Origin: Peptococcaceae bacterium
GTDB taxonomy: Bacteria > Bacillota > Peptococcia > DRI-13 > UBA5745
DNA: 64,000 nt
Assembly (NCBI GenBank): GCA_034927285.1
Contig: JAYFQF010000011.1
Location: forward strand, 23,670-87,669
Direction of reading: 5' to 3'
This document shows positions 38,009 through 48,171 of the stretch, in pieces. Both the position numbers and the translations under genes were made by a program. Each line of letters opens with the position of its first letter. Positions within the stretch are counted from its first letter, which is position 1. Below the pieces are notes generated by a model, which saw nothing but the letters and a program-made list of their open reading frames with translations, did not search any database and had not been told where the DNA came from.

Positions 38009-38132
38009 TTCAAAATACAAAAGACTGAGGCAGCGTCCGATATTGCCTATTTAAAAAAACCCGAAGTACATATATAATAGGAATGAGTCGCTGTAACGCA
38101 GGCAAAACAGGAAAAAAAGGAGGCGGGGAATT

Positions 38133-38318
38133 ATGCCAAGGATTTACGTAGAATGGTTTCCCAGGTCAAAGGATGTGCAGGATGCTTTGGCTAAGAAGAT
38201 CACCGAGGATGTGGTGGAAATCGTCGGCGTGAAGCCGGATTCGGTGCAAATCGTGTTCAAAGAAAATCCCAAGGAAAACGTATATAAGGCCGGCGTCTCT
38301 GCAACGATTAAGTTTTAA
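38133..38318 (+). CDS. 4-oxalocrotonate tautomerase family protein
   Basis: 61 aa, catalytic Pro1, RBS AAGGAGG, 'RS...LAKKITE...V.IVFKE...G'. Confidence 0.85.
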   Translation: MPRIYVEWFPRSKDVQDALAKKITEDVVEIVGVKPDSVQIVFKENPKENVYKAGVSATIKF

Positions 38319-38381
38319 AAAGAGGCGCCTTCCAGTATATTCCCATAGGGAAAAAAGCAAACAAGCATGAATCCCTGTGAC

Positions 38382-38413
38382 AGGGCGGACGGTTTTGGCC
38401 GTCTGCCCTTCTC
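38382..38413 (+). terminator. Terminator-like hairpin
   Basis: agggcggacgg-ttttgg-ccgtctgccct. Confidence 0.55.
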
Positions 38414-38591
38414 TGTATTTTAAACGGCTTAAAGATATTTACGCCCGGCATATATTGATCAAAAGAAGGGGCGTTAAATTGACTCTGAACGTCAATGAGC
38501 TTAATGCCGCCGCTTTTTTTCTGGACGGAAAGCCCCCATCGGGAATATAATAAATACAATGTGTTTTCAGTCTTTCTTTCAGGAGTGGCTT

Positions 38592-39356
38592 ATGTCTGAT
38601 CTCCAAGCCCTGGTTTTCATCTGCGCCATGGTATTTTTGGGCGGTTTTATCGACGCCATAGCCGGCGGCGGCGGCCTGATTACGCTGCCTGCCTATCTGC
38701 TGACGGGCATCCCGGTCCATTTTGCCTATGGCGCCAATAAATTAACCGGCTCCGCCGGCACCACTTTCGCCGCCCTGAAATATTTCCGCTGCGGCGCCCT
38801 GGACCTGAAGCCCGCCTTGATTTCCGCCGCCGGCGCTTTCGCCGGCTCCGCCCTGGGGGCCAAAAGCGCCTTATACCTGGATGAACAGGTTTTAAAAAGC
38901 GCGGTATCCTTATTTTTGCCTTTTGTCGCCGTCTTTTTGATTCTGCATAAAAATAAAGGCGAGAAAAACCTTTCCGGCCAGCTGACCATGAAGCGGCGGG
39001 CCATTTTGGCCTTACTGATCGGCTTTGCCATGGGGTTTTACGACGGCATATTGGGCCCCGGCACCGGCACCTTTGCCATCATTGCCTACAACGCCCTCAT
39101 GAAGTATGACCTGAAGACGGCTTCCGGCAACGCCAAAGTGCTGAATCTGGCTTCCAATTACGCCGCCTGCTTCACCTTTATCCTGGCCGGCACCGTGGAA
39201 TACCGGCTGGCCGTGCCCGCCATGATCTTTGCCGTTGCCGGAAACCTTTTGGGCGCCTCCCTGGCCATTCGCAAAGGCAGCCGTTTCATTCGTCCGGTGA
39301 TGGTGCTGGTGATTTTTTTACTGTTGGGAAAAATGCTTTTGGACCTGTTTGTTTAA
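38592..39356 (+). CDS. TSUP (TauE/SafE) family transporter
   Basis: 'GFIDAIAGGGGLITLPA', 'GANK', 'GFYDGILGPGTGTF'; start re-called with AGGAG RBS. Confidence 0.92.
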   Translation: MSDLQALVFICAMVFLGGFIDAIAGGGGLITLPAYLLTGIPVHFAYGANKLTGSAGTTFAALKYFRCGALDLKPALISAAGAFAGSALGAKSALYLDEQVLKSAVSLFLPFVAVFLILHKNKGEKNLSGQLTMKRRAILALLIGFAMGFYDGILGPGTGTFAIIAYNALMKYDLKTASGNAKVLNLASNYAACFTFILAGTVEYRLAVPAMIFAVAGNLLGASLAIRKGSRFIRPVMVLVIFLLLGKMLLDLFV

Positions 39357-39395
39357 GCCTTTTCTTTGAAACTTGAAAATAAGGGGTTGACTGCC

Positions 39396-40349
39396 ATGGA
39401 AAATCTGGATATCGGCCGCTTTCAGGCCTGCCGTGAGAAAGTCGTCGGGAATTGTTCTCAGGTCATTCTGGGTAAGGAGGATGTCATCACTTTAGTGCTG
39501 ACCGCTTTTCTCTGCTCCGGTCACGTGCTGCTGGAAGACCTGCCCGGCACCGGTAAGACCATGCTTTTGCGCTCTTTTGCCAAAACCCTAGGGGGTAAAT
39601 TCAACCGGATCCAGTTTACGCCGGATCTTTTGCCCTCGGATCTCACCGGGATAAATTTTTATAACCAAAAGACCGGCGATTTTCAGTTCCGGCCGGGACC
39701 TTTGTTTGCCAACATCATTTTGGCTGATGAAATAAACCGGGCCACCCCCCGCACCCAGTCCAGCCTTCTGGAAGCCATGGAAGAGCGCCAGATCACCGCA
39801 GACGGAAATACCCACGTCCTGGAGGAGCCCTTCATGGTCATGGCTACCCAAAATCCCATCGAATCCTACGGCACCTTCCCCCTGCCGGAGGCCCAGGTAG
39901 ACCGCTTCTTTATGCGGCTGTCCCTGGGCTATATGGAGCGGGAGGACGAATTGGCCGTCATCAGCAGGCCCAGTACCCAGGCTGTGCTGGACAAGCTGGA
40001 AACCGTGGTGACGGCGGAAGATACCGCTTGGCTGAAGGAAAATTACTGCCAGATTACCGTCAGTAAGGATGTGGCCGGCTATATAATGGATATTGTCGAA
40101 AAAACCCGTAGTGATAAATGCTTTGCCAGCGGAGTTTCCACCCGGGGCGCCATCGCCCTTTATAAAGCCTCCCAGGTAACCGCGGCCTTTCGGGGCAGGT
40201 CTTTTGTCACCCCGGAGGATGTGCTTTTTGTGGCGCCCCATGTCCTGACCCACCGCATCCAGTCCGGCAACCTGGGCAACGCCAAAACTGCCGGGGATTA
40301 TCTGAAGGAATTGATTGCCAAGATCCCTGTGCCTTTGGAAAAGCTTTGA
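39396..40349 (+). CDS. MoxR family AAA+ ATPase
   Basis: 'EDLPGTGKT', 'RIQFTPDLLPSD', 'DEINRATPRTQSSLLEAM', 'GTFPLPEAQVDRF'. Confidence 0.95.
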   Translation: MENLDIGRFQACREKVVGNCSQVILGKEDVITLVLTAFLCSGHVLLEDLPGTGKTMLLRSFAKTLGGKFNRIQFTPDLLPSDLTGINFYNQKTGDFQFRPGPLFANIILADEINRATPRTQSSLLEAMEERQITADGNTHVLEEPFMVMATQNPIESYGTFPLPEAQVDRFFMRLSLGYMEREDELAVISRPSTQAVLDKLETVVTAEDTAWLKENYCQITVSKDVAGYIMDIVEKTRSDKCFASGVSTRGAIALYKASQVTAAFRGRSFVTPEDVLFVAPHVLTHRIQSGNLGNAKTAGDYLKELIAKIPVPLEKL

Positions 40350-40461
40350 TACATCTGCCGCTTCTTTGGCAATGCTCTGTCCCAGGCGGGTTATGCCTCG
40401 GAAGGGGAACGCGGCATAACCCGATGACTATTTCCCTCCGGACGAAAGGAGGAATTCATCC

Positions 40462-41553
40462 TTGTTGGTTTTCTTTATCCTGCTGCTGATCCTGGGTACC
40501 GCCCTGGAGCTTTCCTCCCTGCGCAGCGATTTAAGCTATATCGGCTATGACTGCAAAATTGACAAACGCTCCTGCGAGCCTGGCGAAGCCTTCCGGGTCA
40601 CCACCAGTATAACCAACCGGCGGCGGCTGCCGGTTTCTTTTCTGCGCCTGGAAGAACATCTGCCCCGGGAATTGGCGATTGTCCGGGGAGAAACTCTCGA
40701 CCTGCGGGAGGAAAAAGGCTTTCTCAATCATTGCAGTACCATTTTCTTAATGCCCCGCCAGATTTTGTCCCGTACCCTCACCGCCAGCCTGCCGGGCCGG
40801 GGGCGCTATATTTTTCGCGGCGCTGAAATCTATTCCGGAGACTTTCTCGGTTTTCGCGAATTGGGGCAAAGCTTCCGCCTGGCAGAGGAAGTGGTGGTAT
40901 TCCCCGCCGCTTCCGCTTTGCCGGAGTTAGGAAATATCCTGGGAGGTTTTCTGGGGGAAATGTCCGTCCAGCGTTTTATCCTGGAAGATCCGGTGCTGAC
41001 CCTGGGCTTCCGGGAGTATACCGGCCGGGAGCCTCAGCGGGCCATCAGCTGGCCCCAGAGTCTAAGCAAAGGCCGGCTCATGGTAAAAAACTACGACTAC
41101 ACCCAGGAAGCTTCGGTCACCGTCGTTTTGAACACTGACTACGGCCGGAAGGCGGTCAAGGACCCCCGGCTGGTAGAGGAAGCCTTCTCCCTGGCCAGAA
41201 GCGTCTGCGCTTTTCTGGAACAAAAAAAAATCAAGTACAGCTTTCTGACCAACGCTACCGCCGCCGGCAACCTGGGCTGCTGGTCTCTGCTGGCCGAGGG
41301 TCTGGGCGCCAATCATTTTTATACGATCCTGGAAGGCCTGGGCAGAGCTACCTACGATCATACGGAACCTTGCCGCAATCTCTTTTTGCGGGCGGAAAAG
41401 CGGGCGGAACAGGGACAGGCTCACGTCGTCATCACCCCTAAGGCCAGTCCAAACTTCGACGGCTATGTCCGCCGGCTGAAAGATCTCACCGGCTGCCCTG
41501 TCTGTGTATTGGCTGCCTCTCCCGAGCCGGCCGCGGAAGAAAAGGAGGCTTAG
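40462..41553 (+). CDS. DUF58 domain protein
   Basis: TTG start with AAGGAGG; 'GFREYTGREPQRAISW'; follows MoxR. Confidence 0.88.
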   Translation: MLVFFILLLILGTALELSSLRSDLSYIGYDCKIDKRSCEPGEAFRVTTSITNRRRLPVSFLRLEEHLPRELAIVRGETLDLREEKGFLNHCSTIFLMPRQILSRTLTASLPGRGRYIFRGAEIYSGDFLGFRELGQSFRLAEEVVVFPAASALPELGNILGGFLGEMSVQRFILEDPVLTLGFREYTGREPQRAISWPQSLSKGRLMVKNYDYTQEASVTVVLNTDYGRKAVKDPRLVEEAFSLARSVCAFLEQKKIKYSFLTNATAAGNLGCWSLLAEGLGANHFYTILEGLGRATYDHTEPCRNLFLRAEKRAEQGQAHVVITPKASPNFDGYVRRLKDLTGCPVCVLAASPEPAAEEKEA

Positions 41554-41554
41554 C

Positions 41555-42874
41555 ATGGATTTGGTTTTTGCCGTCAAGCTGATGACTGAGCTGGCCCTCT
41601 ATTTTTCTTTCGCCAATTTTTTTCCGGCCCTTCTTTTCAACGCCCCTCTGACCGTTGCCGCCCCCGCTCTTTTATTTGCCGGCGGTTTTCTCACCTACCT
41701 CTGTCAGCAGAAAATCCGCCGCCGGACTTCTGTCGGAGTTCTTACCAGTCCGGGAACAGTTCCCTTCTTTACATTCTTGCCTTTAATCCTGCCGGCCGGA
41801 AGCCTCTTTTTTGCTCCCAGCCTCTTGCAGTTGATCCTGCTCTTGCCTCCCTGGGCATATCTGATCCAAACTGCCTGGAATCAGAATTACGAAATCACCT
41901 ACTCAGGTCAACACGACCGTTTTTTCCTGGGCCTGAAAGTCCTGCCGCTTACCTTGGTGCCGGTATTCTTTTCCCTGCGCTTTGCGAATTTCCAGCTGTT
42001 TGAAGCACGCTGCCTGCCCTTTATCCTGCTCTATCTGCTGGGCGGGATCTTTACCCTGCGGCTGGTCCGGCACCATAAGGAGACCTTGGCCGACCCCCGT
42101 TTCAAGCTGATCCATTTTCTCACCCTTCTGCTCTTTTGCCTGTTCTGCCTGTCTTTAAGCAGTCCCCTGCTTTGGTCTTACGTAGTCGGCGGCCTGGGCT
42201 TTTTCTATGAGAAACTTCTCCAGCCGCTGATCCTGGTTTTAGCCGGAATTATCGCTCTGCCCTTTTGGGGCCTGGCCATATTGCTGCGCAAGCTGATCGG
42301 GATCCGTTCCAACCCCGGCTCTCCTTCCCCGGAGATCGAGCTGGGGCCTGATCCGGGCCTGCCCTGGCAGGCGGTGGAGCAGGCAGGCAGGCCGGCCTGG
42401 CTTAACATTCTCCTGCTGGCGGCAGCGGTTATTTTCCTGCTGACGGCTTACCTGGTCCTTAAGCGCATGGCCGGTCGTAAACTCCGGTCCGACGCTCCCT
42501 CCGGCATCGTGGAAACCCGCCGGTCTTTGGACGGCGGCCGGGGTCCCCGGGATCTGTTTCCCCCTTCCGCCGACGGTCCCGCCGTCCGGTTCTACTACCG
42601 AAAATTCCTGCGGCTATGCCAAAAGCAGGGACTGATTTTTCAGGTTCACCAGACCAGCAGGGATATCCAGGCTGCCGTGGAAAACCGGCTGCCCCAAAAG
42701 GCGCCGGAACTGGAGCGGCTGCGTCGGCTATATCTTCAGGCCCGCTATGACGAGGAGCATTTTCACGGTCAGGCAAAGGAAAGCAAGGAGCTTTACCAGT
42801 CCATCAAAAAAGGCTTCAGCGATAAAGCCGGAGCCTCCAAGGATAAAACGGATAATGGGGCCCGGCCTGTTTGA
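41555..42874 (+). CDS. Membrane protein with C-terminal DUF4129-like domain
   Basis: multi-TM; 'VRFYYRKFL...QTSRDI...LRRLYLQARY'. Confidence 0.75.
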   Translation: MDLVFAVKLMTELALYFSFANFFPALLFNAPLTVAAPALLFAGGFLTYLCQQKIRRRTSVGVLTSPGTVPFFTFLPLILPAGSLFFAPSLLQLILLLPPWAYLIQTAWNQNYEITYSGQHDRFFLGLKVLPLTLVPVFFSLRFANFQLFEARCLPFILLYLLGGIFTLRLVRHHKETLADPRFKLIHFLTLLLFCLFCLSLSSPLLWSYVVGGLGFFYEKLLQPLILVLAGIIALPFWGLAILLRKLIGIRSNPGSPSPEIELGPDPGLPWQAVEQAGRPAWLNILLLAAAVIFLLTAYLVLKRMAGRKLRSDAPSGIVETRRSLDGGRGPRDLFPPSADGPAVRFYYRKFLRLCQKQGLIFQVHQTSRDIQAAVENRLPQKAPELERLRRLYLQARYDEEHFHGQAKESKELYQSIKKGFSDKAGASKDKTDNGARPV

Positions 42875-42972
42875 GCCGGGCCTTAGTCTGCCGCCGAAAT
42901 GTAATCTTTTATCTAAAAAGTACCCTTCCCCGTATATTTACGGTTTCTTTTTCAATAACCAATTTTAATTTG

Positions 42973-44328
42973 TTAGGTTAACGATTCCTTTTCCGTACAA
43001 TTCATGTGCCGGTATTCTAAAGCAAGAAAAGTGATGGTCAGAATCAACACGAGCCCATCGGTAAGCGGGGAAGCGGCCCATACACCGACAATCCCCATAG
43101 TTTTGGGCAGCAGCAAGGTCAACGGAATGAATAAAACAAGCTGCCGCAGGAGAACCAAAACGCTTGCTTTGTTTCCTTTGCCGATCGCCTGAAAGAACGT
43201 CAGTCCCATAATCATGATGCCGAGAGCCGGAAAAATACTATACATCAATCTGAAATCACCGACACCTGACGCCACAATAGAGGCGTCTTTTATAAACAGA
43301 GATAAAACCGCTTTGGGAGTCAACTGAATCGGGAACCAAAATAGCAGCGCCAGCACGACGGCCCCCAGAATAAACACATTCGTGGTTTTCTTTACCCTGT
43401 CAAACAGCTTAGCTCCGTAATTCGTGCCTACTACAGGCTGCAGTCCCTGACTCATGCCCCAGAGCGGAATAAAGGAAAACGCCTGTATGCGGAGCGCCGC
43501 GCCCATCAGAATAATTTGAGTATCACTGCCATAAGCGGCGGCGGTATTATACAGAATCGTTTGTTGCACCATGGACATAACCTGCATCAGCATGGCCGAC
43601 ACACCCACGCTGAATATTTGCGGCAAAAAGGACATTTCAAGGCGAATCCGATGTATCCGCACCGTTTTACTTTTTTTTATAAAATAAACTATCGTAACCA
43701 TCGCCTGAATGATTTGCGCTGTAACAGTCGCAATTGCGGCGCCCTCTATACCACGCTCGCCCATCAGGATAATCAGGATGGGATCTAACACAATATTGAT
43801 GACGGCGCCAATTCCCATAAAAACCATTGCCTTTTTCAGGAGGCCCTCGCCGCGCATAACCATATTGGCGCTTTGCGCGAAATTAACAAACGCAGAACCC
43901 AGATAAACAATTTTTAAGTACCGCTCCGCCAAGTTCAATATCTCTCCGCCGGCTCCGCTGATAGACAATATCTGACGGGTAAAGATGACGCCAATAATAC
44001 TGACAATAAGGGAAAGCGCCAGAATAAGCACCAAAAGGTTTCCCATTATTTTATCTACCGTGTCATAATCCTTTTCCCCGATTGCCCTTGAGAGTATAGA
44101 TGCGGAACCGATACCGACAAGCGTGGCAATCCCGTTGTTGATCAAGGTAAAGGGATAGGCGACAGATACGGCCCCCATAGCGTTTTCCCCGATAAGCTGT
44201 CCCACAAACACCGCATCCATAAATGAATACAATCCCACAACGAGCATCCCGATAATTGCCGGGACGCACAGTTTTATCATGAGCCTGAAAGGCTTTTCTT
44301 TCAAAAGCTCGGCACGGACCTGACTCAC
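42973..44328 (-). CDS. MATE family efflux transporter
   Basis: 'LYSFMDAVFVG', 'INIVLDPILI...GIEGAAIAT', 'QPVVGTNYGA'. Confidence 0.93.
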   Translation of the reverse strand: MSQVRAELLKEKPFRLMIKLCVPAIIGMLVVGLYSFMDAVFVGQLIGENAMGAVSVAYPFTLINNGIATLVGIGSASILSRAIGEKDYDTVDKIMGNLLVLILALSLIVSIIGVIFTRQILSISGAGGEILNLAERYLKIVYLGSAFVNFAQSANMVMRGEGLLKKAMVFMGIGAVINIVLDPILIILMGERGIEGAAIATVTAQIIQAMVTIVYFIKKSKTVRIHRIRLEMSFLPQIFSVGVSAMLMQVMSMVQQTILYNTAAAYGSDTQIILMGAALRIQAFSFIPLWGMSQGLQPVVGTNYGAKLFDRVKKTTNVFILGAVVLALLFWFPIQLTPKAVLSLFIKDASIVASGVGDFRLMYSIFPALGIMIMGLTFFQAIGKGNKASVLVLLRQLVLFIPLTLLLPKTMGIVGVWAASPLTDGLVLILTITFLALEYRHMNCTEKESLT

Positions 44329-44430
44329 AGATATTCCTCCCTGTTTTCAAATATTTTCTTGATTATAAGCGCTCTCAATGAAAATAGCATGCACGAAAAG
44401 GCCGGGACGGATAGACAAAAAGGAAGTTTC

Positions 44431-44478
44431 TTTACATCATGATGGAATTATGTTATTATTCAGTTAGCCATGGCTAAC
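44431..44478 (+). promoter_or_regulatory. AraC-gene promoter plus perfect 16-bp palindrome
   Basis: TTTACA-17-TATTAT with TG extension; GTTAGCCATGGCTAAC at 44463-44478. Confidence 0.65.
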
Positions 44479-44500
44479 CTTCGGAGAGGGGGAGGTCCTT

Positions 44501-45490
44501 ATGCCCTGCAAGGCGGCAGTAATCAGGAATTGCACCGATTTTTATAACTTATTGTGTATTCAATTACAGACAACGTGTATACCGATGGAGTTTGGGCAAT
44601 CTTTTTATTCGGACGATGAAGACGTGCTGCTGGACTTACACAGATTTATCTTTGCGCCTGGATTTGAACTTGCAATATGCCAATATACAGTGAAAAGAGA
44701 CTTTTCTTTCGGATGCGAACCGCATTATAACGCGGTTGAGTTTCATGCCGTCTTCTCCATGGAGACAGATAAACGTAACAAGGAGCCCAATACGCTTGTC
44801 TGGCTCTATGGCTCCGACGGAACATCGCGGCACTGCACTCTGACCTATAAAAGCGGGAAATACCTGGCGGTTGAAATGACCGTCTTACTGAAGCATTTAT
44901 CCCGCTATGTGGATATCGGTTCTCTTGCCGGGCTATGCTGCACGGAATATAAAATAGCAGACGCCGATGCACTTATCGGTTTGTTGCCCATTGTTCATCA
45001 AATAATCAATAGCTACCAAGCCGGTAATATGTTAAAGCTGTTTTATCAGGCGAAGTCTCTGGAGCTTTTATCTATTATCGTCCCCATTCTTACTGAAAAG
45101 CGCAGACTGATCTGTTCTTCCTGTAACGGCTTTTGCCAGGAAGATATTCATGCCATTATGCAGGCGAATAAAATAATTGAAGAACGCTACTGTGAAACTT
45201 TTTCAGTGAAGCAATTAGCCGCCATGGTATATATCAATATGAATAAGCTTAAGACCGGCTATAAAGAAGTTTATGGAACAACAGTTCATGAAGCTGTGAT
45301 TGCAAGAAAAATGGAGATAGCCTATCAGCTTATCACGAATAAACACGCTTCGGTAAAAGCTGCGTCATCAAGCGTCGGCTACAGTAATCAAGGCCATTTT
45401 ATAGATTTGTTCCGCAGATACTATGGCGTTACTCCGGGGAAACTATTACGCACGTCATATCCTCCCATGATGATGAGCTTTCGACGCTAA
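44501..45490 (+). CDS. AraC family transcriptional regulator
   Basis: C-terminal 'LAAMVYINMNKLKTGYKEVYGTT', 'VGYSNQGHFIDLFRRYYGVTP'. Confidence 0.9.
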   Translation: MPCKAAVIRNCTDFYNLLCIQLQTTCIPMEFGQSFYSDDEDVLLDLHRFIFAPGFELAICQYTVKRDFSFGCEPHYNAVEFHAVFSMETDKRNKEPNTLVWLYGSDGTSRHCTLTYKSGKYLAVEMTVLLKHLSRYVDIGSLAGLCCTEYKIADADALIGLLPIVHQIINSYQAGNMLKLFYQAKSLELLSIIVPILTEKRRLICSSCNGFCQEDIHAIMQANKIIEERYCETFSVKQLAAMVYINMNKLKTGYKEVYGTTVHEAVIARKMEIAYQLITNKHASVKAASSSVGYSNQGHFIDLFRRYYGVTPGKLLRTSYPPMMMSFRR

Positions 45491-45557
45491 AGAAAAGCCG
45501 CCTGAAAGCCTTGAAAGCGGGGTTTAAAGCGAGATTGCGTGAACACAGCGCTCCATG

Positions 45558-45584
45558 CACATAAAGGCTCCTTCCGCATATGAT
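45558..45584 (+). promoter_or_regulatory. Candidate sigma-K promoter
   Basis: CACA-15 nt-CATATGAT upstream of collagen-like gene. Confidence 0.5.
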
Positions 45585-45635
45585 GTAGTGCACACTGTTT
45601 TCGATGGCCGAAGTTCAATGGAGGAATGAACTCAA

Positions 45636-46703
45636 ATGGGGCAAAACGCGCTTCAAATCACATTAAACTCTACCGCTCCAATCGCTACGGGAGCAAAGGT
45701 GTTCTTTAATACAACCAAATACCTTTCCGGCAGCATCAGTTACAGCGAGGCCACCGCTGATATTACTATAATGGAAACCGGAAGATATATCGTGAACTGG
45801 TGGATGGCAACGCAATCCTCCTCCGCCGCCGGGGCGGCTTTTGCGATCTCGTCTTCGCAGGGGGATTTGCTGGAGGGGAATTCGCCGACAAAAACCGGTG
45901 AAGTGTATGGGGGCGGCATCATTGATGTGCCGGACGTCCCCTTTACATTATCCTTAATAAATGTCGGCACGGGAATGATGTATTTATCTGGTCAGGTTCC
46001 TTTACAGGGAGCCTTGGTAGTTACACAGGACAATGCAAGCGGCGAAACCGGACCCACGGGACCGACGGGACCACAAGGCGAAACCGGGCCCACCGGCCCC
46101 CAAGGAGAAACAGGCGAGGCAGGCACAATGGCAGACACCGCAGGCTGTTTTGCCATCAGGCAGCTGGCCAATTTGCTTGGGCAGATAGCGCTGCTGTATC
46201 CCAGTACTACGACGACCCTTTTTGTGGATCAGCTGGCTACATTGTCCGGAGTAGCTATTGGGGTATATACCGCTCCCGGCGGAAATGCTCCGGGGCTGCT
46301 GATCATCCAGAGCGGATCGGATTACGGCTATGTATCTTTAAGCAGGATCGCTGCCATATATCTTGGCGACGGATCGGTATACGACCCCAGCATCACCTAT
46401 CTGACTCCACCCGAGCCTTATTCTCCCGGTTGCGATACAGACTATATTCTTGCCGTGCAGTCATCAATGTCGGTGGGAGACCAGCTCTCCTTCGGCGCCG
46501 CCACAAACACTACCGGAAGCGGTGAGGTCTATATCAATGAGCCGGGGATAATGGTTCTTAGCGACGGGTTGGGCAATACCCCTGTGTTTATCTTCACCCC
46601 GCAGATAAGGTATATGGTTAAGGATTCATTGCCGTCGTCTAAAGCTTCGGCTGAAACAGAAAAGGGCAAAAAAGTCACGAAGGTCACAATACAAAATAGT
46701 TGA
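45636..46703 (+). CDS. Collagen-like spore-surface (exosporium-type) protein
   Basis: central GETGPTGPTGPQGETGPTGPQGETGEAG triplets between two globular domains; no signal peptide; RBS GGAGG. Confidence 0.7.
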   Translation: MGQNALQITLNSTAPIATGAKVFFNTTKYLSGSISYSEATADITIMETGRYIVNWWMATQSSSAAGAAFAISSSQGDLLEGNSPTKTGEVYGGGIIDVPDVPFTLSLINVGTGMMYLSGQVPLQGALVVTQDNASGETGPTGPTGPQGETGPTGPQGETGEAGTMADTAGCFAIRQLANLLGQIALLYPSTTTTLFVDQLATLSGVAIGVYTAPGGNAPGLLIIQSGSDYGYVSLSRIAAIYLGDGSVYDPSITYLTPPEPYSPGCDTDYILAVQSSMSVGDQLSFGAATNTTGSGEVYINEPGIMVLSDGLGNTPVFIFTPQIRYMVKDSLPSSKASAETEKGKKVTKVTIQNS

Positions 46704-46768
46704 GCTTGCTTTTGTTACGGCTATTGCTTAGCCGCTTCCCGGGTTTGCTTTGAACACTCGTCCCATTG

Positions 46769-46799
46769 AAAAGACCGCCGATTTTTTCGGCGGTCTTCT
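46769..46799. terminator. Terminator between convergent genes
   Basis: aagaccgccga-ttttt-tcggcggtctt. Confidence 0.7.
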
Positions 46800-46870
46800 G
46801 CTTTGTCTGTATTCATGGGGGATTCCAGGCGGCTGACTGATCCCCGCTAACTGAATTTATTACTTTTCAG

Positions 46871-48148
46871 TCATTTTTTACCCAACTGAAGTAATTTTTG
46901 GTTTTTCCGATAGAAGGTGGTAATGTAAACCGGCAGGACGGCGTAGCAGCCCATGCACAGGATGATAAAGAGATTATAGTTTCCCGTGGCGTCATAGACG
47001 TAACCCACCGCTCCCGTGCCGAAAGCGCTGATGGCCGAGGTGGCCATGGAGCATAGGGGCAGCACCCGGCGGTAGCTCTCTCCGGTATAGAAATCCCTCA
47101 CGATCATCGGTACGGCCACCGCCGTCAGGGACATACAAACGCCGAAGAATAATGCCCCCACGTAGAGGATACTTTCTCTGCCCCCGGAGCTGAAAATAGC
47201 TCCCAGGCCCAACAGCGCCACAACTGCCCCGGCGCTGACGCTCTTATAAGTGCTGAGCTTATCCCCCAGCCAGCCCAGAACCAGCTTGCCGCCGATGTTT
47301 CCCACCATGCAGCAAGAACCCATGAGGGCGCCCACGGCGGTTGAAAGTCCAAGAGATACGGAGAACTGAGCAAAGTGGACATTGAAGATAATGGGAACGG
47401 AGATTAAGGAGGTACAGAGGAGCAGCTTGACAAACTGCCCCATTTGAACGCCTTGCTCCTCCTCTGCCGCCGGCTCATTTGCCGCTTTCGCGGTTCCCGC
47501 CCCGTAGGGCTCCATTCCCAAATCGGCGGGTCGGTTGTGGAGGTGAAAAAGGGTAAAGGGCAGCAGCATCACCAGGCTGAGCCCCGCGATGGCGGCGGAG
47601 GCTGCCCGCCAGCCTATATGCTCGATCATGAAGTTGCCCAACGGAGCCATGACCGCGCCGCCGATTCCTGAAAAGGCCATGGCGATTCCTACGGAGAAAG
47701 CGGCCTTGGCATGGAACCACTCGCTGAGGATGATGGGGGACATGACCATGAAGAAGAAGGACCCGCAAAAGCCCCGCACAACAGCGCTGATATACCACTG
47801 CCAAAGCTGGGTAAACAGGGCCGAGGTCCCAAGGGAAAGGGCACACAGAACAATGCACAGGGTGATGAGAAAGCGCGGGGGATATTTGGGGATCAGCCGC
47901 CCCGCCAGGGGCAGAGCCGCCATCGTGGTCAGGTTGCCGATGGTCAGACTGACGCTGTATTCAGTGGTGGAAAAGCCCATTTCGGCGCAGGTCCAGGGCA
48001 TGAAAATGCCGATGGAGTTGGAGTAGATGCCGCAGCCCGCGAATTGAACTACGCAGCAGGCGGCCAGAACCCACCATGCGTAATGTACGCCCTTACGGCA
48101 AGAGGATATTTGCTTTTGTTCCAAGGCTTCGTCCGTGCTCCTTTCCAC
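46871..48148 (-). CDS. MFS transporter (OFA/monocarboxylate-like)
   Basis: 12 TM; 'YAWWVL', 'AGRLIPKYPPR', 'IEHIGWR', 'PADLGMEPYG', 'GWLGDK'; start uncertain. Confidence 0.88.
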   Translation of the reverse strand: MERSTDEALEQKQISSCRKGVHYAWWVLAACCVVQFAGCGIYSNSIGIFMPWTCAEMGFSTTEYSVSLTIGNLTTMAALPLAGRLIPKYPPRFLITLCIVLCALSLGTSALFTQLWQWYISAVVRGFCGSFFFMVMSPIILSEWFHAKAAFSVGIAMAFSGIGGAVMAPLGNFMIEHIGWRAASAAIAGLSLVMLLPFTLFHLHNRPADLGMEPYGAGTAKAANEPAAEEEQGVQMGQFVKLLLCTSLISVPIIFNVHFAQFSVSLGLSTAVGALMGSCCMVGNIGGKLVLGWLGDKLSTYKSVSAGAVVALLGLGAIFSSGGRESILYVGALFFGVCMSLTAVAVPMIVRDFYTGESYRRVLPLCSMATSAISAFGTGAVGYVYDATGNYNLFIILCMGCYAVLPVYITTFYRKNQKLLQLGKK

Positions 48149-48171
48149 CGGGTTATGAAGCGGAGTGTATA

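Noticed and set aside
38410-38550. Open frames on both strands between tautomerase and TSUP genes
   Set aside because: No RBS or recognisable family; cannot be supported as gene or pseudogene.
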